Positions 16,559 to 25,897 of a stretch of DNA of 55,580 bases are shown here, one piece after another (within the stretch, counting starts at the first letter, position 1; every line of letters starts with the position of its first letter). Source of the DNA: a virus; IMG/VR virus record IMGVR_UViG_3300016476_000413, positions 1 through 55,580 of that record, one strand, 5' to 3'. The notes beneath the pieces were generated by a model that was not told the DNA's origin, did not search any database, and worked only from the letters and a program-made list of their open reading frames with translations. The position numbers were made by a program, and so were the translations under genes.

Positions 16559-16600
16559 GGGCCGCTCTGGTTAATCGCCGGAGCGGCCCGCTCTTTTTTT
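16559..16600 (+). terminator. rho-independent terminator after the capsid gene
   Basis: GGGCCGCTC-N12-GAGCGGCCC followed by GCTCTTTTTTT. A second hairpin CCCCGGG-N10-CCCGGGG lies just upstream. Confidence 0.8.
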
Positions 16601-16611
16601 GCAGGACACCC

Positions 16612-16821
16612 ATGAAGTTGATGCGAAACAAGCGTACCGGCAGGACCGCCGTGTACGACGAGGCGCTGGTTGCCAGTGGCAACTGGGAGCCCCACGAAGA
16701 GCAGCAAGCTGCGCCGGCCAAGAAAGGCAAGGCGAGCTCGTCTGACAAGGTCGCCGTGAGCGACAAGCTGAAAGTCACTGTGACAAGGAGCTCCGGTGAA
16801 AGCATCGAACATCAAGCGTGA
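16612..16821 (+). CDS. hypothetical protein (69 aa)
   Basis: First ORF after the terminator, with a weak RBS. Overlaps the next gene by 26 nt. Confidence 0.45.
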   Translation: MKLMRNKRTGRTAVYDEALVASGNWEPHEEQQAAPAKKGKASSSDKVAVSDKLKVTVTRSSGESIEHQA

Positions 16822-17107
16822 GGACGGCAAGCTCGTCTATCGCGGTCACGAATTCCCGGGCTTCAACAAGCCCGTCGACGCCCCCAAGGGAGCCACCCAG
16901 AAGAAGATGGTGCTGGCCAAGAAGGGCGACGAAGTCAAGCTGGTGCGCTTCGGCCTTCGCGGCATGGAGGACTTCACCCAGCACAAAGACGCCGACCGGC
17001 GCAAGAACTACCTCGCCCGCTCGGCGGGGATCAAGGACAAGAACGGCAAGCTCACCAAGGACGACGTGTTCTCGGCGAACCACTGGGCCAGAAAAACGCT
17101 TTGGTAA
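16796..17107 (+). CDS. conserved small basic phage protein (ends ...SANHWARKTLW)
   Basis: GTG start 5 nt after AAGGAG. The KKMVLAKKGDEVKLVRFG...DADRRKNYLARS...NHWARKTLW pattern is one I recognise from many phage and large-virus genomes. Function unknown. Confidence 0.6.
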   Translation: MKASNIKREDGKLVYRGHEFPGFNKPVDAPKGATQKKMVLAKKGDEVKLVRFGLRGMEDFTQHKDADRRKNYLARSAGIKDKNGKLTKDDVFSANHWARKTLW

Positions 17108-17116
17108 GGACTCGCA

Positions 17117-17800
17117 ATGCTGGCAAGCGACATCATCTCCCGCGCCGGAATCCTGCTGCACGACACCTCGAACGTGCGCTGGACCACGACCGAGCTTCTC
17201 AAGTGGATCAGCGACGGCCAGCGAGTGATTGCGCTTGTGCGCCCGGACTCTTCCGCCGCCAACACCGTGCTGACGCTGGTCGCCGGCACCAAGCAAACCA
17301 TCCCGACAGAAGCGATGCGTCTGTTGGACGTCGTGCGGAACATCACCGCAGCCGGAGCGCCAGACCGCGCCGTGCGGATGGTGGAGAGGGAGACCCTCGA
17401 CGCACAGGATCTGTTCTGGCACACCCGCGCCTCCACCGGCAAGGTAGCCAACTTCACCTACGACAACCGCGACCCGGCCCACTTCTACGTCTACCCGCAG
17501 GCTGCTGCCGGCATGAAGCTCGAGGTCATCTACTCCAAGGCTCCGACCGAGGTGACCACCACCGGCCAGACGCTCGAGCTCAACGACCTGTACGCCGAGC
17601 CGCTGCTGAACTACGTCATGTTCCGGGCCTACTCCAAGGACGCCGAGTTCGCCGCGAACCAGAGCATCGCGCAGGGCTACCTCAACATCTTCACCACCAT
17701 GCTGGGCATCAAGACCAGCAAGGACTTCGCATTCTCGCCGGACGCCAACAAGCCGGGTGGCACACCCAATGTGGTCGCGGCACAAGCAGGGGGCGTGTAA
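17117..17800 (+). CDS. putative head-tail adaptor or head-completion protein
   Basis: 227 aa in the position after the capsid gene. W..TELLKWISDGQ pattern. The functional call is positional. Confidence 0.4.
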   Translation: MLASDIISRAGILLHDTSNVRWTTTELLKWISDGQRVIALVRPDSSAANTVLTLVAGTKQTIPTEAMRLLDVVRNITAAGAPDRAVRMVERETLDAQDLFWHTRASTGKVANFTYDNRDPAHFYVYPQAAAGMKLEVIYSKAPTEVTTTGQTLELNDLYAEPLLNYVMFRAYSKDAEFAANQSIAQGYLNIFTTMLGIKTSKDFAFSPDANKPGGTPNVVAAQAGGV

Positions 17801-18457
17801 ATGGCCAAGAGTTACGAAGAGTTCTTCCCCTACGTCCTGCCGGACGTGGCGGGATGCCCCGAAATCACCGCCATTCAGGCGATCCGCGACTCGGCCATCA
17901 ACTTCTGCGAACAGAGCCTGATTCATCAGGCAGACCACGACCCGGTCAGCGTCATCGCCAAGATCGCGGACTACGAGCTCGAGTCCCCTGTGCTGAACCA
18001 CCGTGTCACCAAGATCATGAAGGCTTGGTACAAGGGCACCGAGCTCCTGCCTGCGGCCCCCGATCAGGTGCGCGACCCCTCGGTCTACAACCAGCGCATC
18101 GGTGGCTACCAGACGGAATACAGCACGCCGAAATACTTCATCCAGAAGGACTCGGCGACCATGAGTCTGCTGCCAATTCCGGATCAATCACTGCCCGGGT
18201 CCATTACAATGCGCGTGGCGCTGGTGCCCCTGCGTAATTCGACGACCTGCGAGGATTTCCTCCTCGAGCAATGGGTCGAGCCCATCGCCGCAGGAGCGGT
18301 CGCGAAGCTCCAGCTCGCCGCCGGCAAGCCCTACAGCAACCCCGCCGCCGCAGCGATCAATCAGGCCACCTTCATCCGGGGTCTGAACGCCGCCCGCCAG
18401 AAGGCCAATCGCGGCTTCAACCGGTCCAGCCTCAGTGTGCAGATGCGGAGGATCTGA
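17801..18457 (+). CDS. virion structural protein (218 aa), function unknown
   Basis: Tightly coupled (TAAATG) within the structural operon. Confidence 0.55.
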   Translation: MAKSYEEFFPYVLPDVAGCPEITAIQAIRDSAINFCEQSLIHQADHDPVSVIAKIADYELESPVLNHRVTKIMKAWYKGTELLPAAPDQVRDPSVYNQRIGGYQTEYSTPKYFIQKDSATMSLLPIPDQSLPGSITMRVALVPLRNSTTCEDFLLEQWVEPIAAGAVAKLQLAAGKPYSNPAAAAINQATFIRGLNAARQKANRGFNRSSLSVQMRRI

Positions 18458-18750
18458 TGGATCTTCCGCAGTATGTCGCCCGTGCGCTTGCACAACATAA
18501 GGTCGAGCTGGCCGTCTGTTGCTCCGGGGTCGAGATCCTGAAGGTGGCCGCACAGCCCACCATCCAAGAACAGTCTGTCGCCTTTGTCGCCGAGATCGAC
18601 GAGGGCGTCGCCATTGAGCGGTTCAACGAGATCGCCGTCTACGCCGACGGCGAGCTGATCCGCAAGAAGTCCTTCCCGCTCGAGTCCAAGCACCCCGCTG
18701 ACGCCGTCACGGTCAGTTGGTCTGTCGAGATCGGGCTGGCCCAAGAGTAA
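18457..18750 (+). CDS. hypothetical structural-module protein (97 aa)
   Basis: The ATG at 18457 overlaps the upstream TGA. RBS GCGGAGGATC. The longer track ORF (from 18271) overlaps the previous gene. Confidence 0.55.
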   Translation: MDLPQYVARALAQHKVELAVCCSGVEILKVAAQPTIQEQSVAFVAEIDEGVAIERFNEIAVYADGELIRKKSFPLESKHPADAVTVSWSVEIGLAQE

Positions 18751-18761
18751 CGAGGTAGCGA

Positions 18762-21719
18762 ATGTCGATCCCAACCGTACAAGTCACCTGTGTCGCCTAC
18801 GACCAGAACGGCAACCCCGTTGCTGGCGGCACCTTCAGGTTCAAGCTCGACCGCACCGAGATCTACAACGGCTTCGTGGTGCCGGAGGTCGTCGAGGGCA
18901 CGGCCAACGCGCAGGGTGTGTGCGTGGTCAACCTGTGGCCGAACGCGCTGGGCACCAACAGCTCGCAGTACCGGGTACAGGCCTACAACCCGGACACCGG
19001 GGCCAAGTACCTTGACGCCTTTGCTGTCATCCCGAACAGCAACTGCTACCTGCAAGACGTCATCCAGATCCCGCCGTACCCGCCGATTGACCAGTCCCAG
19101 CAGGCCATGATCGCCGCGCAGGCCGCTGCCAGCGCTGCTGCTGCCGAGGCTGACCTTGCTGCAGCCGACGCTGATGCTGCCGCCCTGAGCGCAGCCGCTG
19201 CCGCCGCCTCGGCCACTGCCGCCGCCAACAGCGCTACGGCTGCGGCCAACAGCGCCACCAGCGCCAGCGGAAGTGCGTCGACGGCCACCACCGCTGCACA
19301 GTCGGCCCAGACTTCGGCGGGGACTGCCACGACCAAGGCCTCCGAGGCCAGCACGTCTGCCACCAATGCAGCCGCCAGCGCCAGCTCGGCCAGCACGTCC
19401 ACAACGACGGCGACCAATCAGGCCACCAGCGCAACCAATTCCGCCACCGCTGCGGCCAACAGCGCTACCAGCGCTGCCAACTCGGCCAGCACTGCTACGA
19501 CCAAAGCCAGCGAGGCTGCTGCCAGCGCCGCCGCTGCCTCGAGCTCTGCAACGTCTGCATCGGCGTCTGCCGCTACGGCCACCACCAAGGCAACCGAGGC
19601 CCAGACGAGCGCCAGCCAAGCCGCAACCTCTGCCAGCAATGCGGCATCGAGCGCCAGCCAAGCAGCCACCAGCGCTACGGCTGCTGCAAGCTCGGCATCG
19701 ACGGCCAGCTCCGCTGCAACAACAGCAACTGACGCCGCCACGACTGCAACCGGCGCTGCCTCGACCGCCACCACGCAGGCCAATGCAGCCGCCGCCTCAG
19801 CCTCGAGTGCCGCCGCCAGTGCCGGTGCCGCCAACACCTCGGCCAACAACGCTTCGGGAAGCGCGGATGCCGCTGAGGCAGCGCAGATTGCCGCCGAGCA
19901 GGCTCGCGATCAGACGCTTGCTGCCTTCGACAACTTCGACGACCGCTACCTCGGCCCGAAATCAACCGACCCTACAACCGACAACGACGGCAACCCGCTG
20001 GTCTCCGGTGCGCTGTACTACAACACCAACCCGCTGAATTCTGGCGGCGGCATGAAGGTGTACGACGGCACGGCATGGCTGGCCGCTTACGCCAGTCTGT
20101 CCGGCGCTCTGTTGTCGGCGAACAATCTGTCCGACCTGGCCAGCGCATCCGCTGCCCGTGTCAACCTCGGACTGGGCAACGTCGAGAACAAGAGTGCGGC
20201 GACGATTCTCTCCGAGCTCACGTCGGCCAACGTCACCACCGCACTCGGCTTCACGCCCTACGACGCAGCCAACCCTGCCGGCTATGTGTCGCAGGCCGGT
20301 GCTCGTGCCGCCATCTCTGTTGCGGGCAGTCTGGCCTATGACCCGGTCACTGGCGTCATTACCTACAACCAGCCGACGAACGTCTCGGCGTTCAGCAATG
20401 ACGCAGGCTACCTGACGGGCATCAACAGCTCGCAAGTGACGACTGCGCTGGGGTACACCCCGTACAACGCGACTAACCCCAGCGGTTACGTCGATCAGGC
20501 CGGCGCACGGTCCGCAATCAGCGCTTCCGGCTCTCTGAGCTATGACTCGGCCACTGGTGTCATCAGCTACACCCAGCCGGCCAACGTCTCGGCATTCACC
20601 AACGATGCCGGCTACCTGACCGCCATCACCGGCACACAGGTCATCACCGCGCTGGGGTACACGCCCTATGACGCAACGAACCCGTCGGGCTACATCACCA
20701 GCTCTGCGCTGTCTCCGTATCTGTTGAGCGCCACTGCGGCCAGCACGTACCAGACGCAATCTGGCATGTCGGCCTATCTGACGACCAGCGCAGCATCCTC
20801 GACCTACCTCGCGCTGTCTGGTGGCACGCTGACTGGCGGGCTTGCCTTCACCGGCACTGGCAACCGCATCACTGGTGACTTCAGCAATGCGACTGTTGTT
20901 AATCGGGTGGCATTTCAAGGCGTAAGCGGGGCTACTACGGATGTTGGTTCAATTCCGCCCACTGGCGCTGCAGCAGCAAGTTTTATTGCATTTAACTCGA
21001 CAGATTCTAGTAATTCTGCATTTGCTCAACTGAGAATAGACAGCGGTGACGCTAGATTTGCTTCAAGTAAAACAGGCACCGGCACCTACCTGCCCATGAC
21101 CTTCTACACCGGAGGCAGTGAGCGCGTCAGGATTGATACCAGCGGTAACGTAGGTATTGGGACGAGTTCTCCGGGTGTGAAGCTAGACGTCTATAGCAGC
21201 AGCACAACCAGCACGGTTATTCGCGCTAGAAACGACACCACAAGCGTATATCTAGACGCAAACAACGGTTACGCATACCTAAACACATTCACAGCCCATC
21301 CCCTACTGTTCGGAACCAACAACACAGAACGCGCCCGTATCTCCGCAGCAGGTGGCTTCTCTGTAGGCACCACCGCAGACCCCGGCGCTGGCGCAATCTA
21401 CGCCACCGGCAACATCACCGCCTACTACTCGGACGACCGCCTGAAGACGCGCCTCGGCTACATCGAGAACGCGCTCGACAAGGTCGAACAGCTCTCCGGC
21501 TTCTACTACGAGGCCAACGAGACGGCTCAGGCGCTCGGATACAAGGTCAAGCGCGAAGTCGGTGTGTCGGCCCAGCAAGTGCAGGCCGTGCTGCCGGAGA
21601 TCGTGTCGCCGGCCCCCATCGACCAGCAGTACCTCACGGTCGACTACGAGCGTCTGGTGCCGCTGCTGATCGAGGCCATCAAAGAGCTCCGCGCCGAACT
21701 GCGTGCAATGAAACATTGA
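18762..21719 (+). CDS. tail fibre with C-terminal S74-type intramolecular chaperone
   Basis: 985 aa. About 280 aa are Ala/Ser/Thr repeats, followed by the DDRYLGPKS..GALYYN fibre motif and about 60-aa tandem repeats (VTTALGYTPY.ATNPSGY...NVSAF.NDAGYLT). The C-terminus DDRLKT....LSGFYYE...GVSAQQVQAVLPE matches the peptidase_S74 chaperone pattern. Confidence 0.85.
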   Translation: MSIPTVQVTCVAYDQNGNPVAGGTFRFKLDRTEIYNGFVVPEVVEGTANAQGVCVVNLWPNALGTNSSQYRVQAYNPDTGAKYLDAFAVIPNSNCYLQDVIQIPPYPPIDQSQQAMIAAQAAASAAAAEADLAAADADAAALSAAAAAASATAAANSATAAANSATSASGSASTATTAAQSAQTSAGTATTKASEASTSATNAAASASSASTSTTTATNQATSATNSATAAANSATSAANSASTATTKASEAAASAAAASSSATSASASAATATTKATEAQTSASQAATSASNAASSASQAATSATAAASSASTASSAATTATDAATTATGAASTATTQANAAAASASSAAASAGAANTSANNASGSADAAEAAQIAAEQARDQTLAAFDNFDDRYLGPKSTDPTTDNDGNPLVSGALYYNTNPLNSGGGMKVYDGTAWLAAYASLSGALLSANNLSDLASASAARVNLGLGNVENKSAATILSELTSANVTTALGFTPYDAANPAGYVSQAGARAAISVAGSLAYDPVTGVITYNQPTNVSAFSNDAGYLTGINSSQVTTALGYTPYNATNPSGYVDQAGARSAISASGSLSYDSATGVISYTQPANVSAFTNDAGYLTAITGTQVITALGYTPYDATNPSGYITSSALSPYLLSATAASTYQTQSGMSAYLTTSAASSTYLALSGGTLTGGLAFTGTGNRITGDFSNATVVNRVAFQGVSGATTDVGSIPPTGAAAASFIAFNSTDSSNSAFAQLRIDSGDARFASSKTGTGTYLPMTFYTGGSERVRIDTSGNVGIGTSSPGVKLDVYSSSTTSTVIRARNDTTSVYLDANNGYAYLNTFTAHPLLFGTNNTERARISAAGGFSVGTTADPGAGAIYATGNITAYYSDDRLKTRLGYIENALDKVEQLSGFYYEANETAQALGYKVKREVGVSAQQVQAVLPEIVSPAPIDQQYLTVDYERLVPLLIEAIKELRAELRAMKH

Positions 21720-21731
21720 ACAGAGGACATC

Positions 21732-22082
21732 ATGACCATTACCCACACTTGGCACATCATCAGCCTGCAAACACGCAACCAAGGCCAGAACGCCGATGCA
21801 GTCGTGCAGGTCTTCTGGCGCAAGGTCGGAGTCGATGAGCATGGCAACACCGGGGAGTTTCTTGGCTCCACTCCCATGACCTCCGAGTTTGTGGCCGAGG
21901 GCCAGTTCGTTCCCTTCGAGCAGCTCACCGAGGCGATGGTGCTCGGCTGGATTCAGGAGGTCGTGACCGGCGAGTACGCCGCGCACATCGACAAGCTGAT
22001 CGCGCAGGAGATCAACGACAAGGCCAATCCCATCCAGACCGTAATGCCGCCTTGGGTTGCCCAGAGCGAGGGGGGTGTGTAA
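21732..22082 (+). CDS. hypothetical tail-fibre-associated protein (116 aa)
   Basis: RBS AGAGGACATC. Lies between two fibre genes. Confidence 0.55.
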   Translation: MTITHTWHIISLQTRNQGQNADAVVQVFWRKVGVDEHGNTGEFLGSTPMTSEFVAEGQFVPFEQLTEAMVLGWIQEVVTGEYAAHIDKLIAQEINDKANPIQTVMPPWVAQSEGGV

Positions 22083-23246
22083 ATGCCGCTGCCATCATCC
22101 GGCGCGATTTCGCTGAGTCAGGTCAACGTCGAGCTTGGCCGCTCTGCTTCGGCCCAGATCTCGATGGGTGACTCCGTCGTCCGCACTCTTTTCGGAGTAG
22201 CGAGCGGCGTGATCAGCATGAGCAACGGGTATGGCAAGAGCAACAACTACGCGCCCATCAACACCTCGGCCCCGACGATCTCCGGCACAACACAGGTTGG
22301 TTCGACGCTGTACGTGAGCGTTGGGTCTTGGAATGCCCAGCCCGCCATCAGCTCATACAGCTACCAATGGCAAAGGGGAACAAGCAATATTTCCGGCGCT
22401 ACTGGCAGCAGTTACACGCTTGTCAATGCTGATTTTGGCAACACTATACGCTGCGTTGTCACGGCGACAAACTCCATCGGGTCCACAGCCGCTACCAGCG
22501 CAAGCACTGCAGCAATCACTTTAGCCACTGGGCAGTCCATCTACACCAGCCCGGGTAGCTACACGTGGTATGCGCCAGCAGGAGTTACTGGTATTTCTGT
22601 TGTGGCGGTTGGTGGCGGGGGCGGAAAGACCAGCACGCTTGGTGGTCGAGGCGGCGGTCTTGGTTATAGGAACGCTGCGGCTGTAAGCCCGGGGCAAGCT
22701 GTTGATCTTGTGGTTGGAGCCGGTGCGCCGGGCGGAACTCAGGCTGCACAACAGTCGTGGATGTTCTCCCAGTACTCGTTTGGCGGTAACGCGGTTTATG
22801 GCCAAGGTGGTGGAGGCGGGCAATACGCAGGCGGTTTCCCTCAAGGCGGCCAAGGTGGAACCACAACAACTTCAGCGGCCAGCGGCGCTGGCGGCTACGC
22901 CTTTTATGGTGGAGACGGCGGGGGCTTTGGAACTTCGGGGCAACCCGGAAGCGGTGGCGGTGGCGGTGGCGGTGGCCTTATTAACCAAAACGGCCAATGG
23001 AATGCCGGAGGCGGTGGCGGTGTCGGCATATTCGGTCAAGGTGCAAACGGCGCTGCTGGCATCGGTGGTGGCGGCGGTGGCTCTGGCGGCGGTGACGGGG
23101 CTTTTGCCGGCGGCGGCGGTGCTTATGGTGGCGGCGGTGGCGGCGTTGCGTTTGGCTTTGATGGCGCTGGTGCAAACGGTGTTGTTCGTGTCGTTTGGCC
23201 CGGCTCTTCGCGCCAGTTCCCGTCTACAAACGTGGGTAACTTCTGA
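22083..23246 (+). CDS. glycine-rich tail fibre-like protein with Ig-like domain
   Basis: 387 aa. N-terminal GAISLSQVNVELGR...ISMSNGYGKSN, Ig-like SYSYQWQRG..ISGATGSSYTL...IRCVVTATNSIGS, and long GGGG tracts. GGT-rich codon usage is atypical for this genome. Confidence 0.7.
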   Translation: MPLPSSGAISLSQVNVELGRSASAQISMGDSVVRTLFGVASGVISMSNGYGKSNNYAPINTSAPTISGTTQVGSTLYVSVGSWNAQPAISSYSYQWQRGTSNISGATGSSYTLVNADFGNTIRCVVTATNSIGSTAATSASTAAITLATGQSIYTSPGSYTWYAPAGVTGISVVAVGGGGGKTSTLGGRGGGLGYRNAAAVSPGQAVDLVVGAGAPGGTQAAQQSWMFSQYSFGGNAVYGQGGGGGQYAGGFPQGGQGGTTTTSAASGAGGYAFYGGDGGGFGTSGQPGSGGGGGGGGLINQNGQWNAGGGGGVGIFGQGANGAAGIGGGGGGSGGGDGAFAGGGGAYGGGGGGVAFGFDGAGANGVVRVVWPGSSRQFPSTNVGNF

Positions 23247-23668
23247 TGAAGCTCTACATCCAAGTCCAAAATGGGGAGCCTGTTGGGCACCCCGCGACAG
23301 AAGAGAACCTTGTACATGCGTTTCCGGGCATCGACCTCAACGACCCTGCTTGCGGGTTTGCGGAGTTCCGGCGCGTGCCGCCTCCTCCTCGGGGGCCGTA
23401 CCACGTGCTGGAAGATATGGTCTACATGCAGGTCGACGGGGTTTACGTGGATGTTTACCCCATCCGAAACATGACTCCGATTGAGCGGTTGGAGCACCAG
23501 GCCAAGTACAAAAATGACTGGGCCAACAGTGGGGTTCTGACAACATGGGTTTTTGATGAGAAGACGTGCGCCTTTGTCCCGCCAGTACCCGTGCCGGACG
23601 ACCCCAGCCGTATGTGGGTGTGGGATGACACGTCTGTCTCGTGGGTTGATGTGACGCCAGAGCTTTAG
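23246..23668 (+). CDS. hypothetical protein (possible fibre assembly or chaperone)
   Basis: 140 aa. The ATG overlaps the upstream stop. Confidence 0.5.
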   Translation: MKLYIQVQNGEPVGHPATEENLVHAFPGIDLNDPACGFAEFRRVPPPPRGPYHVLEDMVYMQVDGVYVDVYPIRNMTPIERLEHQAKYKNDWANSGVLTTWVFDEKTCAFVPPVPVPDDPSRMWVWDDTSVSWVDVTPEL

Positions 23669-23691
23669 TTTGATGCAGTAAGGAGGTAGAC

Positions 23692-23904
23692 ATGGAACCC
23701 GGAGAGATCGATCCTGTGAAGTACGGCGTGCTGTGGGAGCGCGTTCAGAACATGGATAAGAAGATTGACCGCATGGAAAACCAAATCGAGCAGCTCCTCG
23801 AGTTGGCCAACAAGTCCAAGGGCGGCTTCTGGATGGGCATGACCATCGCTTCGATGACTGGCGGATTTCTGACTTGGCTGGTGGGTCACTTCCGGGGAGG
23901 TTGA
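23692..23904 (+). CDS. small membrane protein of the lysis cassette (holin/antiholin candidate)
   Basis: 70 aa. Coiled-coil N-terminus and a C-terminal TM helix FWMGMTIASMTGGFLTWLVGHF. Confidence 0.5.
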   Translation: MEPGEIDPVKYGVLWERVQNMDKKIDRMENQIEQLLELANKSKGGFWMGMTIASMTGGFLTWLVGHFRGG

Positions 23905-23905
23905 A

Positions 23906-24373
23906 ATGATTGCAGAACTCGCTGCTGCGAATGCGGCCTTTGCAGTAATCAAGGCCGCTGTTGCGAACGGCGGCGAGATCATGGCGGCGGGCGGCAAGCT
24001 GATCGAGTACTTCGACTGCAAAGCCGCGATTCAAAAGAAAGCCAACGAGAAGGCCGGCGACAGACCAACAGACGGGCGAGGCGATCTCGAAGAGTTCATG
24101 GCGCTCGAGCAGCTCAAGAAGCAAGAGGAAGAGCTGCAGCGGATGATGATCTATCACGGTCGCGCTGGCATGTGGGATGACTGGCTCAAGTTCCAAGCCG
24201 AGTCAGCGCGACGCAGGGCGGAGGCCAAGCGCCAAGCGGAGCGCAAAGAGCAGCTTCGACGCCAGCGTGCCCAGCACATCCTCGAAGTCACAGTCGTGTC
24301 GATTGCCTCGGCGTTTGCTCTGGCTCTGACGCTCTGGGGCATGTACCTTGTTGTGAACTACCTGAAGAAGTAA
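23906..24373 (+). CDS. membrane-anchored coiled-coil protein of the lysis cassette
   Basis: 155 aa with RBS GGAGG. C-terminal TM helix VVSIASAFALALTLWGMYLVV. Confidence 0.5.
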   Translation: MIAELAAANAAFAVIKAAVANGGEIMAAGGKLIEYFDCKAAIQKKANEKAGDRPTDGRGDLEEFMALEQLKKQEEELQRMMIYHGRAGMWDDWLKFQAESARRRAEAKRQAERKEQLRRQRAQHILEVTVVSIASAFALALTLWGMYLVVNYLKK

Positions 24374-24870
24374 TGACGCGCAGTGAACTTGAGATCCTCA
24401 TCAAAAGGAAAGCAGCGATCACCGTAACGATCTTTGCGGCGTTCCTCGCCATCAACACGCTGGTCGGCGGGTCGAACTCCTCAAAGATCCTCGGCAACAC
24501 CATCCAAGCCAACAACCTGTGGGCTTGGTATCAGGCCAAGAACGTCCGGACAGTCGTCTACCAAACGACGGCTGACACCATCCCGGACAAGAAGCTGGCC
24601 CAGTACTACCACCAAGAGATCCAGCGCCTCCGCGACGCCCCCAATGAGGGGATGGAGGCCTTGGCATCCAGAGCTCGCGCCCTTGAGGCGGAGCGAGACA
24701 CTGCCAAGAAGCGGTCGCCGTACTTCACTTACGCCGGCTCGTTCTTGCAGATCGCGATTGTGTTGTCGTCAGCGGCCATCCTTGCGGTGGCCATGCCTCT
24801 GTTCTGGGCGTCTGTTGCTGTGGGGGCCGTCGGCTCGACGCTTTTCTTGTACGGCGTCTTTGGAGTGTGA
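24373..24870 (+). CDS. DUF4337-like membrane protein
   Basis: 165 aa. TM helices at both ends and an NNLWAWYQAKNVR motif as in DUF4337 proteins. Confidence 0.55.
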   Translation: MTRSELEILIKRKAAITVTIFAAFLAINTLVGGSNSSKILGNTIQANNLWAWYQAKNVRTVVYQTTADTIPDKKLAQYYHQEIQRLRDAPNEGMEALASRARALEAERDTAKKRSPYFTYAGSFLQIAIVLSSAAILAVAMPLFWASVAVGAVGSTLFLYGVFGV

Positions 24871-24871
24871 G

Positions 24872-25198
24872 ATGAAGAAACTGCTGTCTGTTCTGGGTTC
24901 GCGCTGGTTCCAGTTTGCGGCCATCCCGCTGGCTGTGCTGGTGTGGTTTGTGGCCACCGACCCGAGCGGCGGTGCTGACACCATGCTGCGCGTCCAGCTC
25001 TGGGGTCAGGCCTTCCTTGTGACCGGCCTCGCCTACCTCGTGGCCAAGGCCATGCTGGGCAAGGCGTCGTCTGAGTCGCTGTACGAGAAGGCGATGGACG
25101 GGATCGTCTCTGCCGGCGTCGCCTACCTCGGCGTCTGTCTGTTGAGAGCGTTCGTCCTGATGGCGTTCCTGATGTTCTTCGCTCAGGTCCAGAGGTGA
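24872..25198 (+). CDS. multi-TM membrane protein (holin candidate)
   Basis: The ATG at 24872 lies 1 nt after the previous stop. 108 aa with 3-4 hydrophobic helices, directly upstream of the endolysin. Confidence 0.55.
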   Translation: MKKLLSVLGSRWFQFAAIPLAVLVWFVATDPSGGADTMLRVQLWGQAFLVTGLAYLVAKAMLGKASSESLYEKAMDGIVSAGVAYLGVCLLRAFVLMAFLMFFAQVQR

Positions 25199-25201
25199 GC
25201 A

Positions 25202-25897
25202 GTGTTGCGCCTGTTGCTGGCACTCTGTCTGGTCTCTACCGCCCACTCCCAGCCGGTCGAGACGTACATTCCGACCCGGGCGCTCGAGCACTTGCCAGTG
25301 CTGTCCGCACAGGTCAAAGAGGTGTGGCCGACGATGGCCACACCCAACTACTTCGCGGCCCTGATCGAGCACGAGAGCTGTATCAGCCTCAAGCACAGCC
25401 GGTGCTGGGCACCAACGTCTCGGTTGAAGTCTGACCGCGAGGAGGGGGCAGGCCTCGGCCAGCTCACCCGGGCGTTCCATGCCGACGGCAGTGTGCGCTT
25501 CGACGCCCTCGAGGACTCCAAGCGGCTTGACCCTCGCGGCCTCAACGAGCTGCGCTGGGAGACGGTCTACCAGCGGCCTGACCTGCAGATGCGGGTCATC
25601 GTCCTTATGACCAGACAGGCGTGGAACAGACTGTCCCCGTTGGTCCCGCAAGAGATGCCCCGGCTTGCAATGGCTGACGCTGCCTACAACGGCGGCATCG
25701 GTGGTGTCATCAACGAGCGGCGGGCCTGTGGCCTGCGGTCCGGCTGTGATCCGAACCAGTGGTTTGGCCACGTGGAGCACGTCTGCCTCAAGAGCAAGAA
25801 GCCACTGTATGCGGGGCGCTCGGCCTGCGACATCAACAGGCACCATGTGCATGACGTGCTGCACACGAGGATGCCCAAGTACAGGGGGAAAGTGTGA
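25202..25897 (+). CDS. endolysin, lytic transglycosylase (SLT domain) with N-terminal signal peptide
   Basis: 231 aa. Signal peptide MLRLLLALCLVSTAHS. SLT motifs ALIEHES, GLGQLT and AYNGG. Confidence 0.8.
   Translation: MLRLLLALCLVSTAHSQPVETYIPTRALEHLPVLSAQVKEVWPTMATPNYFAALIEHESCISLKHSRCWAPTSRLKSDREEGAGLGQLTRAFHADGSVRFDALEDSKRLDPRGLNELRWETVYQRPDLQMRVIVLMTRQAWNRLSPLVPQEMPRLAMADAAYNGGIGGVINERRACGLRSGCDPNQWFGHVEHVCLKSKKPLYAGRSACDINRHHVHDVLHTRMPKYRGKV

Noticed and set aside
18639-20037. Alternative-frame ORFs over the Ala/Ser/Thr repeat region of the tail fibre (for example 18639..19661 minus, 19273..20037 plus, 19418..19849 minus).
   Set aside because: These are artefacts of the GCN/AGC/ACC repeat DNA staying open in several frames. 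Only the fibre frame continues into conserved fibre and S74-chaperone motifs.
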